DNA of 64,000 bases from Bacilli bacterium (GTDB lineage: Bacteria; Bacillota_I; Bacilli_A; RF39; UBA660). How positions within the stretch are numbered: position 1 is the stretch's first letter; every line of letters begins with the position of its first letter. Below, piece by piece: positions 8,879-17,562 of the stretch. The DNA lies in contig JAFWEE010000013.1 of the NCBI GenBank assembly GCA_017515795.1, positions 2,010 through 66,009 of the forward strand, given 5' to 3'. A model generated the notes under the pieces. The model was not told where the DNA came from, did no database searches, and was given only the letters and a program-made list of their open reading frames with translations. The position numbers and the translations under genes were made by a program.

Positions 8879-9391
8879 TTAATTCTGCTTTTTTATATTT
8901 ATACATATACCTATAATAGATCCCACTACTATAAAAGGAGCTACTCTCATAAATATCCATTCAAATGCTTGATAAAATGTTCCTAATATAGCCCATTCAG
9001 TAATAGTATAATCCCACTTCTCATAAGGTCTATCTAATATAGCAAATAATATAAATAATAAAAGAGTTCCTATACCTATAATAATAAAAGTTTTAATTCT
9101 TTTCTTTCTTTTCTCTTTTTGATAATTAGATAATTGTTCATTAATAACTTCTAATTTTTCAGATATTACTTTTAAATCATTTTTTTCTTTTATTTCTATA
9201 TTTTCTCCAAGTATATCACTTACAGGAGTTTCAAATAACTCAGATATATTTATTAACATCTCAGCATCTGGTACAGATAAACCTTGTTCCCATTTAGATA
9301 TAGTTTGTCTAACTACATGTAATTTAATACTTAATTCTTCTTGTGAAAGTCCTTTTTGTTTTCTTAATGTTTTAAGATTATCTTTTAACAT
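8879..9391 (-). CDS. XRE-family HTH regulator with C-terminal TM helices
   Basis: LRKQKGLSQEELSIKLHVVRQTISKWEQGLSVPDAEML; start moved to ATG 9391 after AAAGGAGG. Confidence 0.85.
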   Translation of the reverse strand: MLKDNLKTLRKQKGLSQEELSIKLHVVRQTISKWEQGLSVPDAEMLINISELFETPVSDILGENIEIKEKNDLKVISEKLEVINEQLSNYQKEKRKKRIKTFIIIGIGTLLLFILFAILDRPYEKWDYTITEWAILGTFYQAFEWIFMRVAPFIVVGSIIGICINIKKQN

Positions 9392-9483
9392 AATAATTCC
9401 TCCTTTCACATATATATTATTATAATTATATGAGGAGCTACAAGCAATGATTTTTAACATTTGTTTATATTATATGTTAGATA

Positions 9484-9533
9484 TATTTTTAGATAAAAAT
9501 ATTAGTTTAAAAATATATTTTTATCTAAAAATA
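9484..9533. repeat. Perfect 19-bp inverted repeat, 12-bp spacer
   Basis: TATTTTTAGATAAAAATAT (9484-9502) / ATATTTTTATCTAAAAATA (9515-9533). Confidence 0.85.
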
Positions 9534-9622
9534 ATATATATAAGGATTAAAATTTTATTTTATATATATTAAAAATTGTATTTTAGTATTACTAAAAAGG
9601 AGTTTTAGTATTGGAACTCTTG

Positions 9623-9814
9623 CAAAAAATAGATTTTTGAGATCAAAAGGACTCAAAAACCAATTTTTTGGAAGAAAAGACTCAAAAAAAGAGATTTAGA
9701 GAGAATAAGGAGCAAAAAAATGATTTTTGTATAACAAAAATGACTTTTTTGCATATATATTTATAGTTTTATATTCAAAAAATAAATTTTTGTATAGCAA
9801 AAATTATATTTTTG
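9623..9814. repeat. Array of six CAAAAA-N5-TTTTTG boxes
   Basis: Copies start at 9623, 9654, 9713, 9735, 9776, 9798; degenerate copies near 9683, 9828, 9881. Confidence 0.85.
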
Positions 9815-9938
9815 AAAGAATATTAATCAAAAAAGAGATTATTAATAGATTTTTATTACTAAAAAGATATTATTGGTAAGTAAAAATAGAATTTTGGGAA
9901 AAGAAAAAGAACCAAAATTGGTTCTTCGTTTGTAACAA

Positions 9939-11441
9939 TTAACTTCTTGCTTCTTTAGACTCAATTATATCATTTAAATCATTAATGATTTTTCTGCATT
10001 CCTCAGCTGATACTTTTACATTATTTTTAATACATTCTTTTGGATGAACAAGATTTCTTGTTACACGTATTTCATGTGCTTTGGTAGACTCATACCAATA
10101 TGGTTTAACAACAATTTTCAATTTTTGAATAATCTTGTTTAATTCTAAATCTCTTCCATCATCACCTAAAGCCACATCTAATATATTATCAGTCTTCTCA
10201 TATTCTGAAAGCCAATCTAACAGAATAGCTTCCAAAATAGAACCACATAGAATAATTGCAGATTTATAAGCGTTATTTTTAAAGCAAGTCTCAACCTCTT
10301 TTAAATCGTCGTTAATTAGTTCTTTAATCACTTTGTTTTTCATTTTAGAAATTGCACTAATAATATCATCATTGATTATTTTTTGTGATTCACTTTTATA
10401 TTCGGATTTATATGAATTTCTAATTAACTCATTGATCTCATATGGAGTAAGTTTTTTCGAATTCATAGTATATTGCATAACTTCATCAGCATTTTTAAGC
10501 ATCTCTTCAGTTGGAACAATTACTTTTAATTCTCCAAAATCCTTTTTCGTTAAAGCAGGAAAATATGAGCAATGTTGTGTAGAATTAAAGTAAATTCTAG
10601 CTTTTTCATCATTTAAATAACTAACTAAATAGTTATTCATTTTCTTCTCTTTAACTCTTAAAATACAATAGTTTCCAGATTTTATGTACACATCATCATA
10701 GTTTTTATTATATAAATAGAACTTTGGCTTTTCACCTACAAGTAAACAAATAATATCTCCATTAACAACTTTTATTGCTCTCGACAATCTTGCCTTAGGC
10801 AATTTTTCATAAACTAACGGATATTCAAAAGATTTTGAATCAATATATTTTGCTTCTATATCCTTATCAGTTGGCGCAGATACTATATCTGCTATATCTT
10901 TTAATAGTTTATATTCACTTTCTTGAAGTTCTTTCCTTATCTTTATGGCCTGCCTTGTATAATATATTGGATTTAGATTATTTTCATCAAACATTGAATA
11001 ATCACTTATGTTAAGATCATCTCTATCTACTTTATTCATTTCAATATAAGAATTAATATTTTCAATAAAATTATTAAAATCTTCAGTTTTATTTTTTAAC
11101 TCATGCCATTTTCCATCATAAGGACTTTTTCCTTGCTTTTCTGCTACTTTACCATTAAATATACCTGTTAAAAAAGTGGATGGTTTTGACATTGTAAAAT
11201 GAATTAAAGCAAAGTTGATTCCTGTCAAAGCAAATGGGCTTGGAATTTGAATAATAATATCTATATATTTATCAGCAATCGACTCACAAATGTTTTTGTT
11301 TAATACTCCTACTGGTAATAATGCATAATCATATTTATATGATCCATCTACAATTGAATCATATAAAGAATCCCTACCTATACCATAAAGAGGATATTTT
11401 TGTCTATATTCAAGTACTTCATCAAAATTCATTTTATTCAC
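9939..11441 (-). CDS. Fusion of a methyltransferase C-terminal remnant, an HsdS-like target recognition domain and a HEPN domain
   Basis: ALLPVGVL...IQIPSPFALTGINFALI (MTase-like, no SAM-binding or NPPY motif); LKDIADI...NGDII...YLVSYLN...ALTKKDFGELKVIVP (TRD); EVETCFKNNAYKSAIILCGSILEA...RNLVHP (HEPN RX4H). Confidence 0.65.
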   Translation of the reverse strand: MNKMNFDEVLEYRQKYPLYGIGRDSLYDSIVDGSYKYDYALLPVGVLNKNICESIADKYIDIIIQIPSPFALTGINFALIHFTMSKPSTFLTGIFNGKVAEKQGKSPYDGKWHELKNKTEDFNNFIENINSYIEMNKVDRDDLNISDYSMFDENNLNPIYYTRQAIKIRKELQESEYKLLKDIADIVSAPTDKDIEAKYIDSKSFEYPLVYEKLPKARLSRAIKVVNGDIICLLVGEKPKFYLYNKNYDDVYIKSGNYCILRVKEKKMNNYLVSYLNDEKARIYFNSTQHCSYFPALTKKDFGELKVIVPTEEMLKNADEVMQYTMNSKKLTPYEINELIRNSYKSEYKSESQKIINDDIISAISKMKNKVIKELINDDLKEVETCFKNNAYKSAIILCGSILEAILLDWLSEYEKTDNILDVALGDDGRDLELNKIIQKLKIVVKPYWYESTKAHEIRVTRNLVHPKECIKNNVKVSAEECRKIINDLNDIIESKEARS

Positions 11442-11495
11442 CTAATTTGATTATATCATATTAAATACTTATTTTTAAAAATAAAAAGAACAATA

Positions 11496-12113
11496 TTATT
11501 GTTCTTTTATATGGCCTATCTTTTTTCCATTAATATCTTCTTGAACTATTTCAAAAGTTTTAGGTGGTAATAAACCAACAATCATTAATGGCGTTGTTAG
11601 AATATTGTTTAATGGTTTTAAATATTCAACATATTTTTCATAACTACCTACAGCGCCATCAAATCCACCTGCTTTTTTCATTTCATCCGTTGCAGCAATT
11701 ATTATTCCAACCTTAGTTTGTATTGCTTTTTGAACGTGATTTAATTCGCTCGATAAAACCGGTTTAATTAAATTCCATGATACGTTTCCCCCATGGTTAA
11801 AAGCTACTTCAATAGCAACATCTTCTTTGGCAAAATCTAATCTCCATGTTCCTTTATTATCTGAATAATCTGGATCAGCAAAGATAAAACTTTGTCTTTC
11901 CCAACCTTTATCAACTAATCTTTCGTCTATTAGTTCATTAATTGCTTGAGAAATACTTTTTGCCTTTCTATGTTCAGTATTAAACTTATCTATAATATCC
12001 TTATCAGTAATATTAGTTAATGCATCAGTTAATTCACTCCATAATTTATTAATATTTTCATCCTCTACAAATATTTCGTGTGCATGTCTATGCGAATAAG
12101 TAATAAATTCCAT
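11496..12113 (-). CDS. BglII/BstYI-family type II restriction endonuclease
   Basis: RLDFAKEDVAIEVAF PD-(D/E)XK-like core, VGIII, GSYEK; divergent from a DNA methylase. Confidence 0.75.
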   Translation of the reverse strand: MEFITYSHRHAHEIFVEDENINKLWSELTDALTNITDKDIIDKFNTEHRKAKSISQAINELIDERLVDKGWERQSFIFADPDYSDNKGTWRLDFAKEDVAIEVAFNHGGNVSWNLIKPVLSSELNHVQKAIQTKVGIIIAATDEMKKAGGFDGAVGSYEKYVEYLKPLNNILTTPLMIVGLLPPKTFEIVQEDINGKKIGHIKEQ

Positions 12114-12172
12114 TTTTTCTCCTTTTAGATCTTGTTTAAATCAAAAAATTGATTTAAAATATAAATATATTG

Positions 12173-12201
12173 TTGATCTTTTTTTATACTTATATTATAA
12201 T
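12173..12201 (+). promoter_or_regulatory. dcm promoter with GATC inside the -35 hexamer
   Basis: TTGATC(12173-78)-17 bp-TATAAT(12196-201); GGAGG RBS before ATG 12242. Confidence 0.75.
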
Positions 12202-12241
12202 ATAAGTACAGTATATAAACAATATCAGGAGGTAACAAAAT

Positions 12242-13486
12242 ATGAAAAAAACAGTTGTAGAATTATTCGCTGGTGTTGGTGGATTTAGATGCGGATTAAA
12301 CAACGTCGAATTGAAAAATGATAAAGTTATTGAAAATGGTGATTGGAAATTTGTATGGGCTAATCAATGGGAGCCAGCAACAAAAACTCAAGAAGCATTT
12401 GATTGCTATGTTAAAAGATTTGGTGATAAAGATGCTAGTAATGTTGATATATTTGAAGTAGATAAAAAGAAAATACCTAATCATACATTACTTGTTGGTG
12501 GTTTTCCATGCCAAGACTATTCAGTAGCTCAAACACTATCAAACAGTAAAGGTATTGAAGGAAAAAAAGGCGTTCTATGGTGGGCAATAAACGATATATT
12601 AAAAATAAAGAAACCTCCATTTGTTTTATTAGAAAATGTTGATAGGTTATTAATATCTCCTGCAAAGCAAAGAGGAAGAGACTTTGGAATAATTCTTAGA
12701 AGTTTTCTTGATAACGGATATGCTGTTCAATGGAGAGTTATAAATGCCGGAGAATATGGACTTCCTCAAAAAAGAAGAAGAGTATTCATATTTGCATATC
12801 ATAAATCAACTAATTACTATAAACAATTATCAAAGAGTAATCCAAAAGATATTATTTTTAAAGAAGGAATGTTTGTTAAACAATTTCCAATTAAAAATAA
12901 AGAATTTGAATTCAACACATCAAACATATCAAAAGACTCATTTGATAATTTAATAGATGTAAGTAATAAATTTAAAACTCAATTCTATAATTCTGGAGTA
13001 ATGATGAATGGAAAAGTATATACTTCAAAAGTAATCTCAGACTGCAACGAAATATTTCCACTAAAGGAAATAATCCAACATGAAGAAGTTGATCAAAAAT
13101 TCTTTTTAAGTGATGAAGCATATAAAAAATTTAAATATTTAAAAGGAAATAAAAAAATACCTAGAGTTAAACCAAACGGGGAAGAATACTTCTATACTGA
13201 AGGTGCTATGCCATGTCCTGATAACTTGGAATCTCCTGCTAGAACAATGCTAACTAGTGAAGGAGGAATAAGTAGAACAACTCATATAGTTGAAGATTAT
13301 AAAACAAAAAGAATCAGACTATTAACTCCAATTGAATGTGAAAGAATTAATTGTTTTCCAGATAATTGGACTAATACCGGAATGACAGATAAAAAACGAA
13401 ACTTCATGATGGGCAATGCTTTAGTAGTTGGAATTATAAAAAAAATAGGTATAGAACTAGATGAAATAATAAAAAAAGAAGATTAG
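12242..13486 (+). CDS. dcm: C5 cytosine DNA methyltransferase, M.Sau3AI-like (probably GATC)
   Basis: ELFAGVGGF, GGFPCQDYS, ENVDRLL, QKRRRVFI, MGNALVV; segments WANQWEP, QRGRDF, PARTMLTSE closely resemble M.Sau3AI as I recall it. Confidence 0.92.
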   Translation: MKKTVVELFAGVGGFRCGLNNVELKNDKVIENGDWKFVWANQWEPATKTQEAFDCYVKRFGDKDASNVDIFEVDKKKIPNHTLLVGGFPCQDYSVAQTLSNSKGIEGKKGVLWWAINDILKIKKPPFVLLENVDRLLISPAKQRGRDFGIILRSFLDNGYAVQWRVINAGEYGLPQKRRRVFIFAYHKSTNYYKQLSKSNPKDIIFKEGMFVKQFPIKNKEFEFNTSNISKDSFDNLIDVSNKFKTQFYNSGVMMNGKVYTSKVISDCNEIFPLKEIIQHEEVDQKFFLSDEAYKKFKYLKGNKKIPRVKPNGEEYFYTEGAMPCPDNLESPARTMLTSEGGISRTTHIVEDYKTKRIRLLTPIECERINCFPDNWTNTGMTDKKRNFMMGNALVVGIIKKIGIELDEIIKKED

Positions 13487-13502
13487 AAAATCTTCTTTTT
13501 TT
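13471..13502. terminator. Bidirectional terminator between convergent dcm and DGQHR genes
   Basis: AAAAAAAGAAGATT-AGAA-AATCTTCTTTTTTT. Confidence 0.8.
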
Positions 13503-14604
13503 AATAATTAAACGGATTAAAATCATCTAAAGATTCATTTTTAATTTTATTACACCAATCTTCCGCTAAAACAGTTGTTGGTGTTTCACCACCAAAAGGA
13601 TTCAAACCTAATGACTTAATATAATTCCCATCTGGATTAAATAAATCTGAAGGAATATAACATTCTGTACCTGTTACTCTCTTTATTGTAGAAGATACAT
13701 ATTTTCTATTAAATAACTCTCTTTCTGATACTGCCTTATCGTATAAAGTAGGTAACATTAATATCATAAATCTAAATCCAGCAATTTTAGAAAACGGAGC
13801 ATAGTTTTTATCTCTATCTGTTATTTTTATTCCAACAGCATCTTCCCAACCGCATAGATATTCTGACAACAATTTAAATGTTATTTCATCAGATAATTCA
13901 TTCCCACCAAGAAATTTAATTTTAGACTTAGCTAAAATATTAATGATTTGTTCTGCCTTAAATCCACCAACTATTTTTTCTCCACCCATTATAATTCTTC
14001 CTTTTAGTGGAGAAGAATTTTCAGTATTTAATAATTCAACTACCTCATGATAAGTTTTTTCTTTATCCGATAACATGTTTAATTGTTTTCTAAACCAAAG
14101 TAATAAATTTGATTCAACTTGTTTTTGTTCCTCATTAGTATTTTTGAATATAAGTCTTCTAGTTCTTAATGATGGTGTTACATACATATTAAACGCTAAA
14201 TCATAATCTACAGAGTCATCAATTTTAATTTTTTCTTCTAAGAAAGAAAATAATCTGTGTTGACCATCCATTATATCAAAACAATTCTTATACTTTTCAA
14301 ATTCCTCTTTTGTTTCAGGAAACTCGGTATAATATAAATTATCTATTTCCGAATCTTCAACTTTTTTTGGATACAATCTATTATCATCACACGTTCCAAT
14401 AACAATTGATGTCGATAATGTTCCACCATTTGAAACGAATTCTGCTATTGAATCTAGTCTTTTAGGATTAACAGGTCTTTGAGCGTCTTGGACCTCATCA
14501 AACTCAGCCTTAGTTGCCATTTTTACTAAATCCCTAGCAGAAGCAGAACCAAGATAACTTGTTTCCTTATTCTGTTTTACTTCTAAAAGATATATTTTTT
14601 TCAT
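13501..14604 (-). CDS. DGQHR (DndB/ParB-like) domain protein
   Basis: QRPVNPKRLDSIAEFV, IMDGQHRL, FKNTNEEQKQV; start moved to ATG 14604 after AGGAGG. Confidence 0.85.
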   Translation of the reverse strand: MKKIYLLEVKQNKETSYLGSASARDLVKMATKAEFDEVQDAQRPVNPKRLDSIAEFVSNGGTLSTSIVIGTCDDNRLYPKKVEDSEIDNLYYTEFPETKEEFEKYKNCFDIMDGQHRLFSFLEEKIKIDDSVDYDLAFNMYVTPSLRTRRLIFKNTNEEQKQVESNLLLWFRKQLNMLSDKEKTYHEVVELLNTENSSPLKGRIIMGGEKIVGGFKAEQIINILAKSKIKFLGGNELSDEITFKLLSEYLCGWEDAVGIKITDRDKNYAPFSKIAGFRFMILMLPTLYDKAVSERELFNRKYVSSTIKRVTGTECYIPSDLFNPDGNYIKSLGLNPFGGETPTTVLAEDWCNKIKNESLDDFNPFNY

Positions 14605-14614
14605 AAAAAACCTC

Positions 14615-15091
14615 CTATACAATCTTTAATAAGTATCTAATCTGATAATCTATACTATCATTTTTCTTTTCATTACAATTACTACATAGCATCTGTAAAT
14701 TATTCTCGAGCTCATCACCAACATACTTAAATGGTACAATATGATCAGCATGAGAATTAATATCTATTTTTTTTCCGCAAAAAGCACATTTATAATTTTG
14801 TTGATTAAGTAATTTTATTCTTATACTATCATCTATTACTTTTCTGAATGAAGACTTATTTAAAAACGCATTCACTAGCAGTAATAATCTGTCAATTTTT
14901 TCATCAGATAAAGTCTCACCATATTCCCTTTCTACGAGTTTCATAATAGAATTTTTAGGAGATGATGAACTTGCTAAAATATTTCTTAATTTATTTCTTT
15001 CATTATAATCATCATATGCAACGCAAATATTTTTAAATATAGAAAGAAGTTGTGCTTCTTCTACAGCATTTAATAAAGACAATTCAGGCAT
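14615..15091 (-). CDS. HNH endonuclease with N-terminal helical domain
   Basis: CAFCG...ADHIVP...NLQMLCSNCNEKK. Confidence 0.9.
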   Translation of the reverse strand: MPELSLLNAVEEAQLLSIFKNICVAYDDYNERNKLRNILASSSSPKNSIMKLVEREYGETLSDEKIDRLLLLVNAFLNKSSFRKVIDDSIRIKLLNQQNYKCAFCGKKIDINSHADHIVPFKYVGDELENNLQMLCSNCNEKKNDSIDYQIRYLLKIV

Positions 15092-15194
15092 CTATTTCAC
15101 CTCAGTTTAATAATACCATAATAAAAGAAAAGTTCCAAGAGGATCTGTTTTTTTATTTACAAGCAGATCTACAATTTAGATCTATAGTTTTAGT

Positions 15195-15944
15195 TTATGT
15201 TTTTTCTTTTATTACCTCTAATACATCTTTAGTCTTATTTAATGGATATGGTACATTCTTCTTTTTGAAGTATTCTACTTTTTGTACTTTAGCTTTTATT
15301 AGTTCTCCTGCTCTATCCACTAGTACTATATCTCCACTAAAGATATCTTTATTATCTGTTTTATAATAATACATTAATCCATCAAAATCTTCTATTAAAG
15401 GATCAAAGTAACATACTGATACATATATATAATCATATTTAGGTAATTTATATTTATTTAGTTTTATTAGGAATTTATCAAATGCTTTTCTTGCTATTAA
15501 GTCATAGTCTAATATTATTCCATGTTTACCATTATATAAGAATGTTTGTTTAATACTATTTCCTATATTTTCATATTCAAAATGACCTGTTTTAAAAGCA
15601 TATTTATCATTATCATCAAATATTTTCATCATATCATCAGATGCTGTATCTGATAGATATTCCATATAATCTTGAAAAAACTTTACTCTATCACCATCAT
15701 ATTCTTCATATTTAGATTTTTTAAAATTTCTTGAATAACTCATATTACAATTAAAACAATGATATTTTAATCTATCTTCTTCTTTTAATAGTTTTTCGGT
15801 ATCATAGTCTTTACTAAAGTATACTTCTTTATATCTATATAATTGAGAAAACACTTCATCTGGAGCATTATAAGATAAATACTTTAATGGTTTGCCACAT
15901 TCAGGACAATTAACATTTAATATATCTAAAGACATTATTATCAC
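15195..15944 (-). CDS. Hypothetical protein with N-terminal Zn-ribbon
   Basis: CPECG...HCFNC; C-terminal beta-rich YYYKTD...GDIVLV segment. Confidence 0.6.
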   Translation of the reverse strand: MIIMSLDILNVNCPECGKPLKYLSYNAPDEVFSQLYRYKEVYFSKDYDTEKLLKEEDRLKYHCFNCNMSYSRNFKKSKYEEYDGDRVKFFQDYMEYLSDTASDDMMKIFDDNDKYAFKTGHFEYENIGNSIKQTFLYNGKHGIILDYDLIARKAFDKFLIKLNKYKLPKYDYIYVSVCYFDPLIEDFDGLMYYYKTDNKDIFSGDIVLVDRAGELIKAKVQKVEYFKKKNVPYPLNKTKDVLEVIKEKT

Positions 15945-15991
15945 CTATACCTATAATAACATATTATTGTTGTACATGCGTTTATATATTT

Positions 15992-17530
15992 TTAAAAAAT
16001 TATTTCCACACAATTTTCGTTAATGATATTTTTAATATAGTTTATAAAAGGTATTAATAATTTTGTGTTATCTTTAACTAATGAATATAAATTATATAAA
16101 TATTCGAAATAACATTTTTCAATTTCTACTTCAGAAAAAACTGTTACTCCATCAAGGAAATATGACATTTTTACTTGATCATTGAATAATAATTTATCTA
16201 ATTTATAAGGTATATTTTCAATTAGTTCTTGTACATTGATTTCAGAAAGTTCATATGATATTTGAAATCTAACATCTAATTCTGAATTACCAAATCTATC
16301 AGTTTTTTCATAATAAACAATATTGTTCATAATATCAGTTAATTGTTCTTTTATTTCCTTATTAGTGATTTTTTTATCCACTATAATCTCTTCATTTACT
16401 TTTTTGCTCTCTTTAAATCTTTTTATATCTTCTTCTATTTGTTCAATACTTTGATATCTTTCGTTTTGATCATTTATTAAACATTTATCAATAATTTTAT
16501 CTAAAAATTCCATTCTAATACCTTTATATTTATCAGTAATAGGTTTGCGGTGTGTTCCTTTATGTGGCTCATTATATACAATCCATTGCATTATTTGACC
16601 TATTGAAAATATATCAGATGCCTCAGTAGGTGTTTTCTTTCTATCTCGCTGTTCAGGAGCAGAAAAATCAAAGTTTGCCAATCTATCTCCTTTTTGAGTT
16701 TTAATATTTATATCAAAATTATCTGGATTATAATATGCTATCCCAAAATCAGCAATATTTAATCTATTATTTTCGTCAATTAGGATATTGTTTGGCTTAA
16801 GATCTCTATGAATAATTCCACTAGAATGTAGCTTTTTTACCGCATTTATTATTTGTGTAAATATCAATATAATTTCATCATCGGAAAATTTTTCTTTATA
16901 GATTAGGCTATTATTATACTTTTTCATAACTATAATAGGAACTCGTGCTTCATTAATTATTATATCATCATAAAAATATTGTTTAACTATTCCTTCAAAA
17001 TTATTAATTTCCATAATAACATTAATAAATTCGCGAAGAAATCTTTCCTTTTTTTCAGCAGTTGAGTTCGTAAGAATTTTAATAGCTACATCATGCTTAT
17101 TTAATTCTCCAAAATATACTTTGCCATTAGCTCCACATTTACATTCAAGAGATACATTTTTTATACATCCCATTCTTGTATTTATTTCAAAGTTGTTTTC
17201 TTTTAAATATTTACTTATATCCATTTCTTTAGAATAAACTTTTGTTTCTACATTCATATTATTCTCCATATTATCAATTAATGGGTAAATTATTTCTTTT
17301 AGTCGATCTCTTCTTTTTTCATATCCACCTATTTTTTGAAATTCGTGTCTTAAATCATGTTTTGTTTTGGATTTTTTTAATTCATTTGGAATATCAACAT
17401 TATATTTAACAAGACATTTCTTTAGACTATTCAAATTATTATAAAATAAATTTTCATCATAATCATTTTTATTATATGTAACAATGTCCTCTAATGCTAA
17501 ATAAAAACCTTTTAACTCTTTTATATCCAT
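15992..17530 (-). CDS. Hanks-type Ser/Thr protein kinase, soluble, with extra N- and C-terminal domains
   Basis: [32 protein letters not shown] all intact; no TM or PASTA. Confidence 0.92.
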   Translation of the reverse strand: MDIKELKGFYLALEDIVTYNKNDYDENLFYNNLNSLKKCLVKYNVDIPNELKKSKTKHDLRHEFQKIGGYEKRRDRLKEIIYPLIDNMENNMNVETKVYSKEMDISKYLKENNFEINTRMGCIKNVSLECKCGANGKVYFGELNKHDVAIKILTNSTAEKKERFLREFINVIMEINNFEGIVKQYFYDDIIINEARVPIIVMKKYNNSLIYKEKFSDDEIILIFTQIINAVKKLHSSGIIHRDLKPNNILIDENNRLNIADFGIAYYNPDNFDINIKTQKGDRLANFDFSAPEQRDRKKTPTEASDIFSIGQIMQWIVYNEPHKGTHRKPITDKYKGIRMEFLDKIIDKCLINDQNERYQSIEQIEEDIKRFKESKKVNEEIIVDKKITNKEIKEQLTDIMNNIVYYEKTDRFGNSELDVRFQISYELSEINVQELIENIPYKLDKLLFNDQVKMSYFLDGVTVFSEVEIEKCYFEYLYNLYSLVKDNTKLLIPFINYIKNIINENCVEIIF

Positions 17531-17562
17531 GATACCCTCCTAAAATAGCTTTATTATATCAC

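Noticed and set aside
9600-9900. Possible CRISPR array (GTTTTAG at 9602 and recurring units)
   Set aside because: No identical 25-40-bp repeats with regular unique spacers, and no cas genes in the window
9939-11441. Functional type I/IIG methyltransferase or frameshifted hsdM
   Set aside because: No SAM-binding or catalytic motif, and only 54 bp to the upstream gene, leaving no room for a missing N-half
13501-14604. Dnd phosphorothioation system
   Set aside because: Only a DGQHR protein; no cysteine desulfurase, DndC, DndD or DndE in the window
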